Positions 15,708-25,309 of a stretch of DNA of 41,194 nt are shown piece after piece. How positions within the stretch are numbered: the first letter of the stretch is position 1; each line of letters opens with the position of its first letter. The DNA is from a virus (Duplodnaviria; Caudoviricetes), in IMG/VR virus record IMGVR_UViG_3300034116_000748, positions 1 through 41,194 of that record; one strand, 5' to 3'. The notes below the pieces were generated by a model. The model had not been told where the DNA came from, did not search any database, and worked only from the letters and a program-made list of their open reading frames with translations. Made by a program: the position numbers and the translations under genes.

Positions 15708-16429
15708 AGAACCTCCGCTTCAGCGCCGAACGCATAGAAGCTCGCCCGCGTAGCGCTGGCCGATCCGGTGTAGCTCTCGAATTGAATGTAACGCCCAGCA
15801 GCGGTGTAGTAGTTGGCGGAAACGTTCGTCCACACCTGCCCGTCTGGAAGCCAGACGATGATGCGGTCCTCGTGGATTTCAGCGGTGAGGGAATACTTCG
15901 TCGCCCCGTCCTTTGTCAGATCGCCGTTGAGGTAGTTGACCGTGGTGGCTGACAAGCTGTTGTTCGTATAAATCCCGATATCGACCTTTGTTTCGGTCGC
16001 CACGATATGCAGCGAGCCCTTGCCGACGCGGGTAAGCCCCGAGCCCGTTCCGGTCGATGCGCCCGCCGTTCCAGTGATGTCATCAATATCGCCCAGCCCG
16101 TTCGGGTTGGAGATCATCACAGCAGAACCGGAGTTAGCGCTTCCCGATGTCAGCGAGAACGTCATCGACATGCGGCGAGGCTTCAGGGCCGTTCCTGCTG
16201 CCAAGCCGATATGGGCGCCAAGATCGAGCCCGGAATAGCTGGCCCCGACACTGTCGCCGCTGTCTGCTGTCGTCGCGACGGGTTCGCCGTCAGCGGTCGT
16301 CGTCCAGCTCATCAACTCGATCTGCGCGCCCTCGGTCGTGGGCATCCGGGTAAGCGACGTGTTGGTGATCATGTCCTTGCCCGTGGACATATCCACGACC
16401 ATAGTTGCGCGGCCTGAATCGTAAGCCAT
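15704..16429 (-). CDS. Putative virion/tail accessory protein (beta-rich)
   Basis: T/S/G-rich 241 aa directly after the fibre gene. Start MAYDSG at 16429. Confidence 0.6.
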   Translation of the reverse strand: MAYDSGRATMVVDMSTGKDMITNTSLTRMPTTEGAQIELMSWTTTADGEPVATTADSGDSVGASYSGLDLGAHIGLAAGTALKPRRMSMTFSLTSGSANSGSAVMISNPNGLGDIDDITGTAGASTGTGSGLTRVGKGSLHIVATETKVDIGIYTNNSLSATTVNYLNGDLTKDGATKYSLTAEIHEDRIIVWLPDGQVWTNVSANYYTAAGRYIQFESYTGSASATRASFYAFGAEAEVL

Positions 16430-16431
16430 GT

Positions 16432-17562
16432 CTACTTCCCCCCCGCCCGATCCGCCGCATCCGCAGAGGAAGAGGACTGCCGCTCCAATTGCTTTAAGCG
16501 CTCGTGCAATTTCCATATGTGGACCGCCTGGATTTCGACTGTTTCAATGAGACGCTGCACCCATGCGCCAGTCGCCATTCCAGCCACCGGGTTGAACTTG
16601 TCCTCGTTGGGCATGGATGTGAGGTGGCGCTTCTCCTGCCAGTGGCGAGAGTAGCCCTCGATATCGAGCGGGTCGTATTTGCCGCCGAGCCTTGATGCGA
16701 ACTTGCGCGCCGGATCGTGGAAGCGCGCCTCGATGCGCTCGTCCTCTACCTTGCGTCGAACGGCCTTGCGGGTCGTCTCGCCGGTATCGGGGTCATCCTC
16801 GTCGATATCCTCGACCAGATAGCGCGCGGGGTAGACGCGATCAGGAACCTTCGTATCCCACTTCGCCATGCTCACTTTGCCATCCATGGCGGCGTCGAAC
16901 ACGTAGCAGGACAGCAGGACGTTATCGTCATAGACCGCCGTGAAGTTGGCCGTGCCGAGGCCCTTGTAGCCGCCCGTTGCGCCGGGTCCGTAGACGCCGT
17001 TTCCGATCTGGAGCTGTGCCGCAGCCGTCCCGGCGACTGTCGCAAAGATGGTCAGGTTTCCATCTTCCGAGCCGTTGGTTGCGTCTTCGATGATGGCCCT
17101 GATGTCGGCAAAGGAGGTTGTGTTGCCGGCGCTGTCCTCGCCCTGAAAATTGACCACGCCGATGATGTCGTTCGCTGCGGGCGTCGCGCTGTTGTGATAG
17201 AGACGCATGACCGGGCCAAGCGCGCCAGCGTCATCGCTCTGGAAATTGAAATCTGCAAAGACCTGAATGCCAGCGTCAAAGACTTGCAGCGCCTGCCATG
17301 TATTTCCACCCGAGACATCGCCATTGACGCTAAGGCCCAGAGCCGCCAGCGTGTGCGCCCGGTCGCGGAAGATCGGCGGCGTGTCGAACGTCCACTGCGC
17401 ACTGATCCGCATGGGTGCGTTGGCAAGCGGGACGCCTGACGAGGACATGCCCACCGCGAACAGCAGCGGGTTGCCCTTCTGCTCCACGTCCTCTTGCAAC
17501 AGCGTTGAGAGGCCATCGCCAAGCCCGGCGACGGTTCGTCCAATGTTCGGATAAACAGACAT
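16432..17562 (-). CDS. Tail fibre with chaperone-like C-terminal domain
   Basis: SATPAANDIIGxxxFxGEDSAGN fibre motif. C-terminal PLDIExY...KRHLTSMP...LIETVEIQAVHIWKLHERLKQLE resembles intramolecular chaperone coiled coils. Confidence 0.7.
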   Translation of the reverse strand: MSVYPNIGRTVAGLGDGLSTLLQEDVEQKGNPLLFAVGMSSSGVPLANAPMRISAQWTFDTPPIFRDRAHTLAALGLSVNGDVSGGNTWQALQVFDAGIQVFADFNFQSDDAGALGPVMRLYHNSATPAANDIIGVVNFQGEDSAGNTTSFADIRAIIEDATNGSEDGNLTIFATVAGTAAAQLQIGNGVYGPGATGGYKGLGTANFTAVYDDNVLLSCYVFDAAMDGKVSMAKWDTKVPDRVYPARYLVEDIDEDDPDTGETTRKAVRRKVEDERIEARFHDPARKFASRLGGKYDPLDIEGYSRHWQEKRHLTSMPNEDKFNPVAGMATGAWVQRLIETVEIQAVHIWKLHERLKQLERQSSSSADAADRAGGK

Positions 17563-17608
17563 GCGTTCTCGTTCCCGTTAGGGTTGGGGCGAATGGTGGG
17601 GAGAGGGA

Positions 17609-20266
17609 TCAGGACGTCGTGGCGAAGGCGGTGAACACTGGCGCGCGGTAGGCGGTGACTGCCGCAACAACCGTGGTGGATGCCGCTGTCTCTAGTGTCG
17701 CCGTGGAGTAATCAGCCGCGACCGCTGTGATGCGGGTTTGCAGCGTTGCAGCCGCCACGCCAGCGCCTGCGACCGTGATATAGCAGCCGGGGTAAACCTT
17801 GCTGATCGTGTTGCCTGAGAGATTGACGGTCGTGGTCGAGACGCCAATATCAATGCTCGACGTGACGCCTGAAAGCGTCCCCTCAGTGCCTGCCGTGGTG
17901 ACGATATATCCGAAGATGGTCGCCGTGCCAGGCTGGCTGCGCTGAAGGATCTGGCCCTTCAGGACAGTCGCGCCCGACACATAACTGGCTGACGTGTTGG
18001 AACCGACAACGCGGTGCGTGTTCGTGCTTTTCGTGCTTTCGGTGTTGCGTTCGACCACGGGCGCAGACGTGATCAGCCACGGCGCGCTTGGGCAGATCGA
18101 CACCACAACCGAGGTATCGCCTAGCTGTGTATTGTCGGTGATCTCGATATCCTCGCCATACCAGCCGTTCGCACGGAGCAGATAGCCTGAGCCAGAAGCG
18201 CCAGGCGATGGGATGCCCATGTTGCGACGGATGAAGATGCGATTTGCAGGCGCGGTGATCAGTTCCGATCCGCGAAGATCAACGGCGTTGGACGTGTAGT
18301 TCGTAAAGCGGTTGTCCTCGATCACCATGCCAGAAAAGAAATCAAGGTTTTCCGCTCCGGTCGGGTACTCCACGTCAACACCGAAAGCGCCATCGATGTC
18401 GTTGTTTCGAATAATGACGTTGCTGATCTTGGCCGTGTCGAAGCGAACCCCCGCAGTCGGCGTCGTCATTTCATTGTCAGCAATAACCAGAGGCGAGAAG
18501 ACGCCCGTGATGCTGACGCCGACGCCGAAGCTGACTGAACGCGAGCGAAGCTTGTTATCCTTGACCACCATCGTTCCGACAGCGCCAGAGGCTAGCATTT
18601 CAGACGTCGTGATTGCAGCGCCGCCGTTTGCGTCAAAATTGTTGTTCGTCCAGATCGACGTGAACGCCCGGCTTACTCCACCCGCATAACAGTCAACGGC
18701 GCGGCAGTTGTTGACAATCAGCTCGTGCGTTCCCTCGTGCGAACCGAAGGCCCCACGATGCGTGCGTGCGCCAAGGCAATCTTCCTGCGACACGTCGATA
18801 CAGAAGGTTGCGTCGATGACGTGACGCACCCGGATGCCGTGAATGCGCGATGTGCTGCAGCGGCGCGAGCGCAGGAAGACGATGCCGTAGAACCCGGAGT
18901 TCTCCCCCTCCACGATGGTTGCGCTGTCGGCAATGCCGTACATTGTGAGATCGTCGCAGACGATGTCGGTGCAGGTTTCCGTGCCAACCGCGATGCCCTG
19001 AAAGCCGTCGAAGGTGGTTCCCCTGATCCTCGCGCCTGCGACGTTCTCGAACCACAGGCCGCACTGCCCGATGCTGTTGTCCAGGTTCTCCAGATCGCCG
19101 CCGCCGATCAGACGCCCGCCCGTAACGCTGACGTTCGTAACCGGCCTGCGGACAACCACGCTGACGGTCGGCCCAGACGTGGACAGCGCCATGTTGACCG
19201 GCACCTCCAGCGTGACGACTGACCCGCTGATGGACATGACGCGGTTGACATCGAAATAGTAAGCAATGGCCGTGCTGTTGCGGTACTGCTCCAGCGTGGA
19301 CGTGCAGCGGATGATGTCGCCTGCCTGAACGCCTGTGACGCTTGTAAGCGTGAGCGTGCGGTCATACTGCGCCGCCGATGCGGAAAGCGTTGTGGAGAGG
19401 ACGACCGAACCGACAAAGCGGAAGACCGCGCCAGAGCCGCGCGTTGCCGTGTAGGTGAGCGCCGAGGCGTCGATGATCGCGCCGGTCATCTCGACATGCA
19501 CGTTGCTGACGCTGATCAGGATGGCGGTGTTTATCTTGTAAGTCTTGCCAGGCGGGAAGTAGAGCGTCCCGCCACTGGTCAGCGATGTCGCCGCAGCCTG
19601 GACAGCCGTGCTGTCATTGGTGACGCCATTCCCCTCAGCCCCGAAGTCCAGCACGTTCGCGACTTCTGCAAAACGCGCCGCAAGCGTCCGCGCCGTGGTG
19701 GAGCCGGTGGAGGTGACAACGTCGTCCCCCGCCGTCGAGGCGATGCCCTGAACAGCGTTGCTGCGGACATAGATCGCAGAGGCAAGCGGGGCCGTCAGGG
19801 TGACAAACGAATCCGTCTCGTCAGTCGTGACCGTGTAGGTCGTGACTGGCTGAACTGCGCCGTCAACCGTAACGACAACCTGATAAACGGACGACAGGAC
19901 AACGTCATCAATCGTGATGATCTGCGAAGCGCCTGTGCCTGTCGCAGTTTCTTCGAACTCGGTGATGAGCCCGCTGTTGACGTAGGTGTAGTAAATCGTC
20001 CCCGATATTACGTCAGCCTGCCAGAGTGTCGTCGCCCCGTTGGCCGTGGTGGCGGATAGCGAATACTCCACCGCGTCATCCAGGTACGCCGTGATCTGCC
20101 CGAGGCTGTCGGCCACAACCGGATTAGTGAGCAGCGATGAGCCCGTAGACGCCACATAAAGCGCAACCGGCGTGGTCGTGCCACGAACGTAACTCGTCAC
20201 AAGCCCACCCGCCTCCACGGAGCCGGACGTGCCGATCAGATTGGTTATGAGCGGCGAACGGGCCAA
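17609..20266 (-). CDS. Tailspike: head-binding domain + pectate-lyase-like beta-helix
   Basis: LTNPVVADSLGQI head-binding motif, ARTLAARFAEVANVLDFGAEGNGVTNDSTAVQAA...LYFPPGKTY, many IxxNxF repeats. TTG start at 20266 with a GGAG RBS. Confidence 0.88.
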   Translation of the reverse strand: MARSPLITNLIGTSGSVEAGGLVTSYVRGTTTPVALYVASTGSSLLTNPVVADSLGQITAYLDDAVEYSLSATTANGATTLWQADVISGTIYYTYVNSGLITEFEETATGTGASQIITIDDVVLSSVYQVVVTVDGAVQPVTTYTVTTDETDSFVTLTAPLASAIYVRSNAVQGIASTAGDDVVTSTGSTTARTLAARFAEVANVLDFGAEGNGVTNDSTAVQAAATSLTSGGTLYFPPGKTYKINTAILISVSNVHVEMTGAIIDASALTYTATRGSGAVFRFVGSVVLSTTLSASAAQYDRTLTLTSVTGVQAGDIIRCTSTLEQYRNSTAIAYYFDVNRVMSISGSVVTLEVPVNMALSTSGPTVSVVVRRPVTNVSVTGGRLIGGGDLENLDNSIGQCGLWFENVAGARIRGTTFDGFQGIAVGTETCTDIVCDDLTMYGIADSATIVEGENSGFYGIVFLRSRRCSTSRIHGIRVRHVIDATFCIDVSQEDCLGARTHRGAFGSHEGTHELIVNNCRAVDCYAGGVSRAFTSIWTNNNFDANGGAAITTSEMLASGAVGTMVVKDNKLRSRSVSFGVGVSITGVFSPLVIADNEMTTPTAGVRFDTAKISNVIIRNNDIDGAFGVDVEYPTGAENLDFFSGMVIEDNRFTNYTSNAVDLRGSELITAPANRIFIRRNMGIPSPGASGSGYLLRANGWYGEDIEITDNTQLGDTSVVVSICPSAPWLITSAPVVERNTESTKSTNTHRVVGSNTSASYVSGATVLKGQILQRSQPGTATIFGYIVTTAGTEGTLSGVTSSIDIGVSTTTVNLSGNTISKVYPGCYITVAGAGVAAATLQTRITAVAADYSTATLETAASTTVVAAVTAYRAPVFTAFATTS

Positions 20267-20283
20267 TGGACAGCTCCAATGCG

Positions 20284-20306
20284 AAAAACCCCGCTGCGAA
20301 GCGAGG
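20284..20306 (-). terminator. Intrinsic terminator after ejection genes
   Basis: Minus strand CCTCGCT-tcgc-AGCGGGG-TTTTT. Confidence 0.65.
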
Positions 20307-20336
20307 CCGGGTCGTTTGTGGTGGGGGTGGGTGGGG

Positions 20337-22868
20337 TTAGTTGGGCTCGGAAAGGTCGCCGCGCTTGGCTGCGAGATATTCCTGATAGATGTCCCATTCC
20401 TCACGGGCGCCGATGCGGTAGCTTGGATTGCCCGCAATTTCTTCTTCGATCAGGCGCATGAGGCTGTTTGCGTCGTTCGGATCAACGTCAAAGCCCTGCT
20501 CGTAAGCGGCCGACACAATGTCATCGAGGCCCTTGCCGGATTGATTGTTGAGAAGCCCCGGCATGGCGTTCGCGCGGCCCATGACGGCTTTTAGATCGCC
20601 GCTCATGTAGTTCCGGTCTTTGATGCCGCCTTGGCCCCTGACCCACGCCAGAAGCGATTGCGGTTTCTGCGGCACAGGCCCTTCCCAGCGGCCAATCTGT
20701 TGCGCCTCGGGCATGACGAGCGGGGGCGCAAGCGCATTCATGGGCGGCCCGGATGGCGCGGGAGGCGGGGTCATGTTTAGCGGGTTCTGCGGCGTAGCGT
20801 TATCAGCCCGAGAAGCAAGCACACGCTCGCTGGGCTTTGGACGCGACATCAGCACGCGCGTCATGTCCTCTCGCGTTGCCGTGCGAGGCTGCATGATGCC
20901 GCGATAGAGCTTCGGACCCTGCCGCATGGCCGTCATGATCGGCGCAGCGGCAAGCCCGCTTCCCATCAGGGCAGCGTCTGCGAGCGCGTTGACCGGCATG
21001 GAAGACGCGCCAGGACGTGAGTAGAGGTCTGCACCCTGCCCCGTCGCAAGCAGGTTTCTGGCCGTGGCGCTTTCCGCGTTCGGGTAGAAGCTGCCAAGGA
21101 ATTGTTCTTCATCCCGAACCGCGCGAATATCGTCAGCCAGCGCCTTGCCCTGCGCGCCCAGCTTTTCCAGCGTGTCCAAAACCGCAATGTTCTTCAGCTC
21201 GGTCATGCGAGCCGTTCCGCCCTCGCCCCCACCGCGCAGCTTTGATTGCGCCCAATCGCGAATTGATGCCAACTGCGCAGCCTGCTGTTCTGGCGTTGCG
21301 CTCTTGAAAGCCTCAACGAAACGGTTGGCCCCATCCGGGTTGCGGACAATCGCCCCGAACCGATCGCCCGCCGACAGCGCGTCACGGATACCAGCTTCGT
21401 CGCCGTACCTAGCGCGGATCTGCGCATAGGTCTGGCCGTCTGGCGTCTCGAGGTCGTCAATCGTCTTCAGAATGCGAGAACGCATGTTGTTATATGCGTT
21501 GCCCAGCGCCGTGCCTTCGTTCTCGGAAGCCAGCAGCCGCGCCTTGTGCTGCATCCAGTGCGCAGCCTGGATAGGACGTTGGGCGATCATAACGTCGATA
21601 TCAACGCCCTCGCCCGCCGCGATCTGGCGCAGCGGCCGGCCCAGCTCATTCATGCCGGGACCGTTCAGGACGTCCTGAATTTGCCTTGCGCGCTGCGGTT
21701 CCGCCCGTTGGTAGACGATCGGCGCATAGCCTTCCTCGCCAATCTGACGAAGGTTGGCTTCCACATCGGCGCTGGTCGCAAGGCGCGAATTGCTGCCGAG
21801 ATTGGCGCTTGCGCTCTCGTCAAGGAACGGGACTTGCGATTGCCGCATTTCTTGAGCGGCATCCCGAACAATGGTAGAGCTCGAATCCTTTGGCTTGTTC
21901 GACAGCCTGCGCTCTAGCAGAACGGTGCGGATATTCTGAGCTACTTCAGGGAACTCTTCGGCAAACTCACGTTCAAGAAGCTGCGCGACCGTTGGCGCGC
22001 GGACAGAGCCGCCCGACTGCAAACTCGCGCCCTCTTCCAGCGACTTTACGACCTTAGCCAGCCCACTAGTTACACGGTCACGGGGTACGTTACTGGCGAG
22101 GAGGATGCGTCCGAGCGCGTCCATAGCCTGCGGCCTAGTCTTCCGCCCGGGGACAGCAGTAGCGGCGAGCGTCTTCCCCGTCTCACGGAGGGTGGGTTCA
22201 ACAGCAAGCGCATTTCTCGGGACTGACGGCTTTGTCCTGACGCCCGCAAGGCCAAGGGCGCCCATTGCAAGCTGGTTCGCGCCTTCAGCAGCCTTCGCGC
22301 CGGCCGTGTTGAAATTGCCCTCGATGACGTCGCCGCCAGCGTCCACCATGTTGTTGTAGCCGTAGCCCAACTGGTGAAACGGGTCATAATCCTTGACCGC
22401 CTGGTTAGGATCGCGAAAGACAGCCGCAGGCAGCTCTGCCGTGCCACGCGCAACCATCTTTGCAGCATCGCCCACCAGATCGTTCGGCCCGGCATTGCGC
22501 GCCTCAAGCGGGGCTAGCAGGAAGTCAGCGCCAGCTTGCAGGATGTCCGCAACGCCTTCGTTCCACGGCTGCGGCTTCTGTACCGTGTCTAGCGTTGCCT
22601 TCAGCCCGCCGGTCCATTGCGAGCGTGGCGCGATAGGATCTTGCTGCGGCTTGGGAGCAGGTACGAAGCCGCTGGTTCCAGCCGGCGCCAGAGGATCAAA
22701 AACCATGCCCGGAGGCGGCTTGCCTGGCTGCGCTGGCTGCACAATCGGATCGTTTGCCCACGGCTTCGCCTGCGCCTGTGCTGGCACCTGCCCCACGATA
22801 GGATCGTTGAGCCAAGGCCGCTTGGGGTCGGCCTTCTGCGCTTTGGCGTTGTTTGTTTGCGGGTTCAT
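20337..22868 (-). CDS. DNA ejection / internal virion protein (P22 gp16 position)
   Basis: 843 aa, Ala-rich and helical, third of three ejection-type genes, with N-terminal PWxNDPIV repeats. Confidence 0.7.
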   Translation of the reverse strand: MNPQTNNAKAQKADPKRPWLNDPIVGQVPAQAQAKPWANDPIVQPAQPGKPPPGMVFDPLAPAGTSGFVPAPKPQQDPIAPRSQWTGGLKATLDTVQKPQPWNEGVADILQAGADFLLAPLEARNAGPNDLVGDAAKMVARGTAELPAAVFRDPNQAVKDYDPFHQLGYGYNNMVDAGGDVIEGNFNTAGAKAAEGANQLAMGALGLAGVRTKPSVPRNALAVEPTLRETGKTLAATAVPGRKTRPQAMDALGRILLASNVPRDRVTSGLAKVVKSLEEGASLQSGGSVRAPTVAQLLEREFAEEFPEVAQNIRTVLLERRLSNKPKDSSSTIVRDAAQEMRQSQVPFLDESASANLGSNSRLATSADVEANLRQIGEEGYAPIVYQRAEPQRARQIQDVLNGPGMNELGRPLRQIAAGEGVDIDVMIAQRPIQAAHWMQHKARLLASENEGTALGNAYNNMRSRILKTIDDLETPDGQTYAQIRARYGDEAGIRDALSAGDRFGAIVRNPDGANRFVEAFKSATPEQQAAQLASIRDWAQSKLRGGGEGGTARMTELKNIAVLDTLEKLGAQGKALADDIRAVRDEEQFLGSFYPNAESATARNLLATGQGADLYSRPGASSMPVNALADAALMGSGLAAAPIMTAMRQGPKLYRGIMQPRTATREDMTRVLMSRPKPSERVLASRADNATPQNPLNMTPPPAPSGPPMNALAPPLVMPEAQQIGRWEGPVPQKPQSLLAWVRGQGGIKDRNYMSGDLKAVMGRANAMPGLLNNQSGKGLDDIVSAAYEQGFDVDPNDANSLMRLIEEEIAGNPSYRIGAREEWDIYQEYLAAKRGDLSEPN

Positions 22869-24337
22869 TTCTTAGTCCGCTCATTGCCGTCATCGTCGAT
22901 GTAGCGGGCGCCGCTGGGAAGCGCGTTATATTCTGCGGCGGCTTTGTTGATGTCTTTAGACAGGCGCTTGACTTCGGCTGCGGTGCGCTGCGCGAAGCCT
23001 GCAAACTGCGCCAGGTCGGGATAGTCTTGCGCGAACGCTTCCTTACGGGCGGTTTCTCTGCCCATGACGAAGTCGTTGACCTGCTCCAACACGTCTAACA
23101 AGTCTTGAGGTTTCTGCGCCTGTTCAAGAGAACCGCGAACCGCTTGAAGGAACGCCAATTCTTTTTCTGTAATGCTACCTAGCGCAGCGCCTGTCGGGCT
23201 GTTGGTGCGCATCTCCTCGATTTTATCAAAGCCCAGATTGGTCTTGATCGTCGTCAAGAGGTTAGAAAGACTTCCCGCATCAGTCGATTGCCCGAAGAAT
23301 GGTAAGTCTTTCAGACTAGCGCCGGGACCGGTTGTCCACGGGCTGACAAGCTGCTTGGCCTTAGCAATGCTGCTCAAAACAATCTTAGACTGGTTTTCGC
23401 CAGACTTGATGCGCTGCCAATCTTTGTTCGCGCGCAACTGCTGTTCGCCCGGAGTGACAACCGGCCCGCCATCTTGCGGACTGCGCACAACTGCCGGCTC
23501 GTTGCCCTTCGTACCCGTGCCGCCGAGGCCCATACTAGGCCCGCCGATGGACAGGCCCGACACCGCGCCGCCCTCTCCGAAGGTCAGGTTGATGCCGTTG
23601 GCCGGAGGCTTGCTGAGACCGCGTGCAATTTCTTCATCGCCCCTCATACGGACCTGATCAGGGCTTAGGGTGTAAGCAGCTTCTGGCCCCGTGATAACCG
23701 GCTGGTATGTCTCGGGGTCATAGGCAACGTTCCCGATAATGATGGGAGCGCGCGTCTTCTCAATGCCAGGATTGCTTGCGACAACTCTACCATCTGCGCC
23801 GTAGCGTTGAGCGCCCGGAGCCAGCGTGTACGCCTCAGGCACAACAGGCCCAATCCCCATCTGCGCGTTCAGCAATGCGATTTGCTGGTCAAGCGCATCG
23901 TTCGTGAACTTCGACACGTCCAGCGGCATCTGCGAGACGTCCTGCCCGATGATCTTGCTGATGACAGGCGCGTTCTGCTGCCACCACTGGCCGCGCTGCG
24001 CCTCGGGAAGCGCGCGTTGCTGCTGCATCAGGGCGAGCGTCTGTTTCAGCTTGTCGCCTTCTGCGGCTTTGTTTGCCGTCTCGCGCTTTTCGAAGCCTGC
24101 GGGGTCCAAGCCGCGCTGGAAGCTGTCAAGCGCAGACGCGAGGAGCGCATTGCGTGGCGGTCCTTGCGGCGGTGAGAACGGGCTTCCTGCGGATGGCGTC
24201 ATGGGCGATGCGGTCATAGGCGCTGCCGACATCGCGCCGGGCTGGTAGGCATCCGCCGAGACGTCAAAAGCGGGCGCAGGCGCGGGCGCACCCGTCGGCA
24301 TCGCCAGCGGGTTCTTTCTTGCGGTGTAAGCAACCAT
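22865..24337 (-). CDS. DNA ejection protein (P22 gp20 position)
   Basis: YTLxPGxxRY repeats, TGAALGSITEKELAFLQ, C-terminal YNALPSGARYIDDDGNERTK. Confidence 0.7.
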   Translation of the reverse strand: MVAYTARKNPLAMPTGAPAPAPAFDVSADAYQPGAMSAAPMTASPMTPSAGSPFSPPQGPPRNALLASALDSFQRGLDPAGFEKRETANKAAEGDKLKQTLALMQQQRALPEAQRGQWWQQNAPVISKIIGQDVSQMPLDVSKFTNDALDQQIALLNAQMGIGPVVPEAYTLAPGAQRYGADGRVVASNPGIEKTRAPIIIGNVAYDPETYQPVITGPEAAYTLSPDQVRMRGDEEIARGLSKPPANGINLTFGEGGAVSGLSIGGPSMGLGGTGTKGNEPAVVRSPQDGGPVVTPGEQQLRANKDWQRIKSGENQSKIVLSSIAKAKQLVSPWTTGPGASLKDLPFFGQSTDAGSLSNLLTTIKTNLGFDKIEEMRTNSPTGAALGSITEKELAFLQAVRGSLEQAQKPQDLLDVLEQVNDFVMGRETARKEAFAQDYPDLAQFAGFAQRTAAEVKRLSKDINKAAAEYNALPSGARYIDDDGNERTKK

Positions 24338-24339
24338 GA

Positions 24340-25284
24340 TCAGCCCCAACCCTGTCCGGGATAAGCAGCGCGCGACGGATCGACATAGCCGGGCTGGCCG
24401 TAGGTCGGCGTTCCCGGTTTCTTGAAGAAGTCACCCAGCGATCCAGCCGCCGCCGAGAGGCCCTGACCGTACCCCTGATATGCGGAGGTCAGCGCATTCG
24501 CCCGTGCATTGCCGCCCTGCATCATCGCGTTCCCGGCGTTTGCGCCGTAGTTGCCGGCCGCAGTTGATGCGAGCTGTGAGTTGGTCTGCCCCATGCCCGC
24601 GAGGTTCGCCAACTGGTTCGTGTAGTCGCCAAAGGCGCCGTAGGTGTTCCCGGCCAAGGTTTTCGCATAGCGGCCTTCCGCAGCCCCGCTGATGGACTTG
24701 CCAGCCGCGCCGAGGTTGCCCTTGATCTGGTCGAACTGGCCGTCGCTGATCGTCGTGGCGAGCTTCGCATAGGGCGAGGCGTAGAAGTCTGCGAGCGGGT
24801 TGGACGCGCCGCCCTGCATCTGCTGCGCGCCGCCCGCGCCCTGCATCGGCTGGCTGGTCGGAAGCTGCCTGCCTTCCTGCTGTCCGAAATTGGCGTAGTG
24901 ATACGACGCGAAATCGTTCGCGTTCGGGTACATCTCCCGCAGCTTGGCGTTGGACTTCCAGTAATCCATCACGTCCGGATTTGAAGCGAGATAGCTGGAC
25001 CACTGATCGGACTGGCCGTTGACCGCGCCGCCCCCAGCGCCGCCATACGCCGCTTGATAGTCCTGCGGGGCGATGCCGAACAGCGCAGCGAGCTTGTTGG
25101 AGGCAGCGCCGCCCGTCATGTACCCGGGCGCAGCTAGCCCGCGCTGGTCCATGTAGATGTTCTTTTGCAGCGCGGTCGTCTGGTTCGCTGCCTGCTGCTG
25201 CGCCTTGGCTGCGGCTTTACCGCCAGCGCCTGACAGCGCGCCGCCAACAAGGCTGGCGACTGCCGGAATTATGATTTCCCACAT
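24340..25284 (-). CDS. DNA ejection / transfer protein (P22 gp7-like)
   Basis: Hydrophobic Gly/Ala N-terminus, AAKAQQQAA...PGYMTGGAASNKL, G/A/N-rich tail. Start at 25284. Confidence 0.75.
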   Translation of the reverse strand: MWEIIIPAVASLVGGALSGAGGKAAAKAQQQAANQTTALQKNIYMDQRGLAAPGYMTGGAASNKLAALFGIAPQDYQAAYGGAGGGAVNGQSDQWSSYLASNPDVMDYWKSNAKLREMYPNANDFASYHYANFGQQEGRQLPTSQPMQGAGGAQQMQGGASNPLADFYASPYAKLATTISDGQFDQIKGNLGAAGKSISGAAEGRYAKTLAGNTYGAFGDYTNQLANLAGMGQTNSQLASTAAGNYGANAGNAMMQGGNARANALTSAYQGYGQGLSAAAGSLGDFFKKPGTPTYGQPGYVDPSRAAYPGQGWG

Positions 25285-25309
25285 TCTATGCCGTCCTGAT
25301 TTCAAAAAG

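Noticed and set aside
17572-17583. CCCTAACGGGAA found before the fibre gene and at 38936-38947 before the moron
   Set aside because: Many chance 12-mer matches are expected in 41 kb, the genes are unrelated, and I saw no third copy.
20267-20437. N-terminal extension of the tailspike in the ORF track
   Set aside because: It crosses a terminator and the upstream gene end. TTG at 20266 has a good RBS. Similar over-extended starts were trimmed for portal, gp10-like, gp7-like, ERF and HNH.
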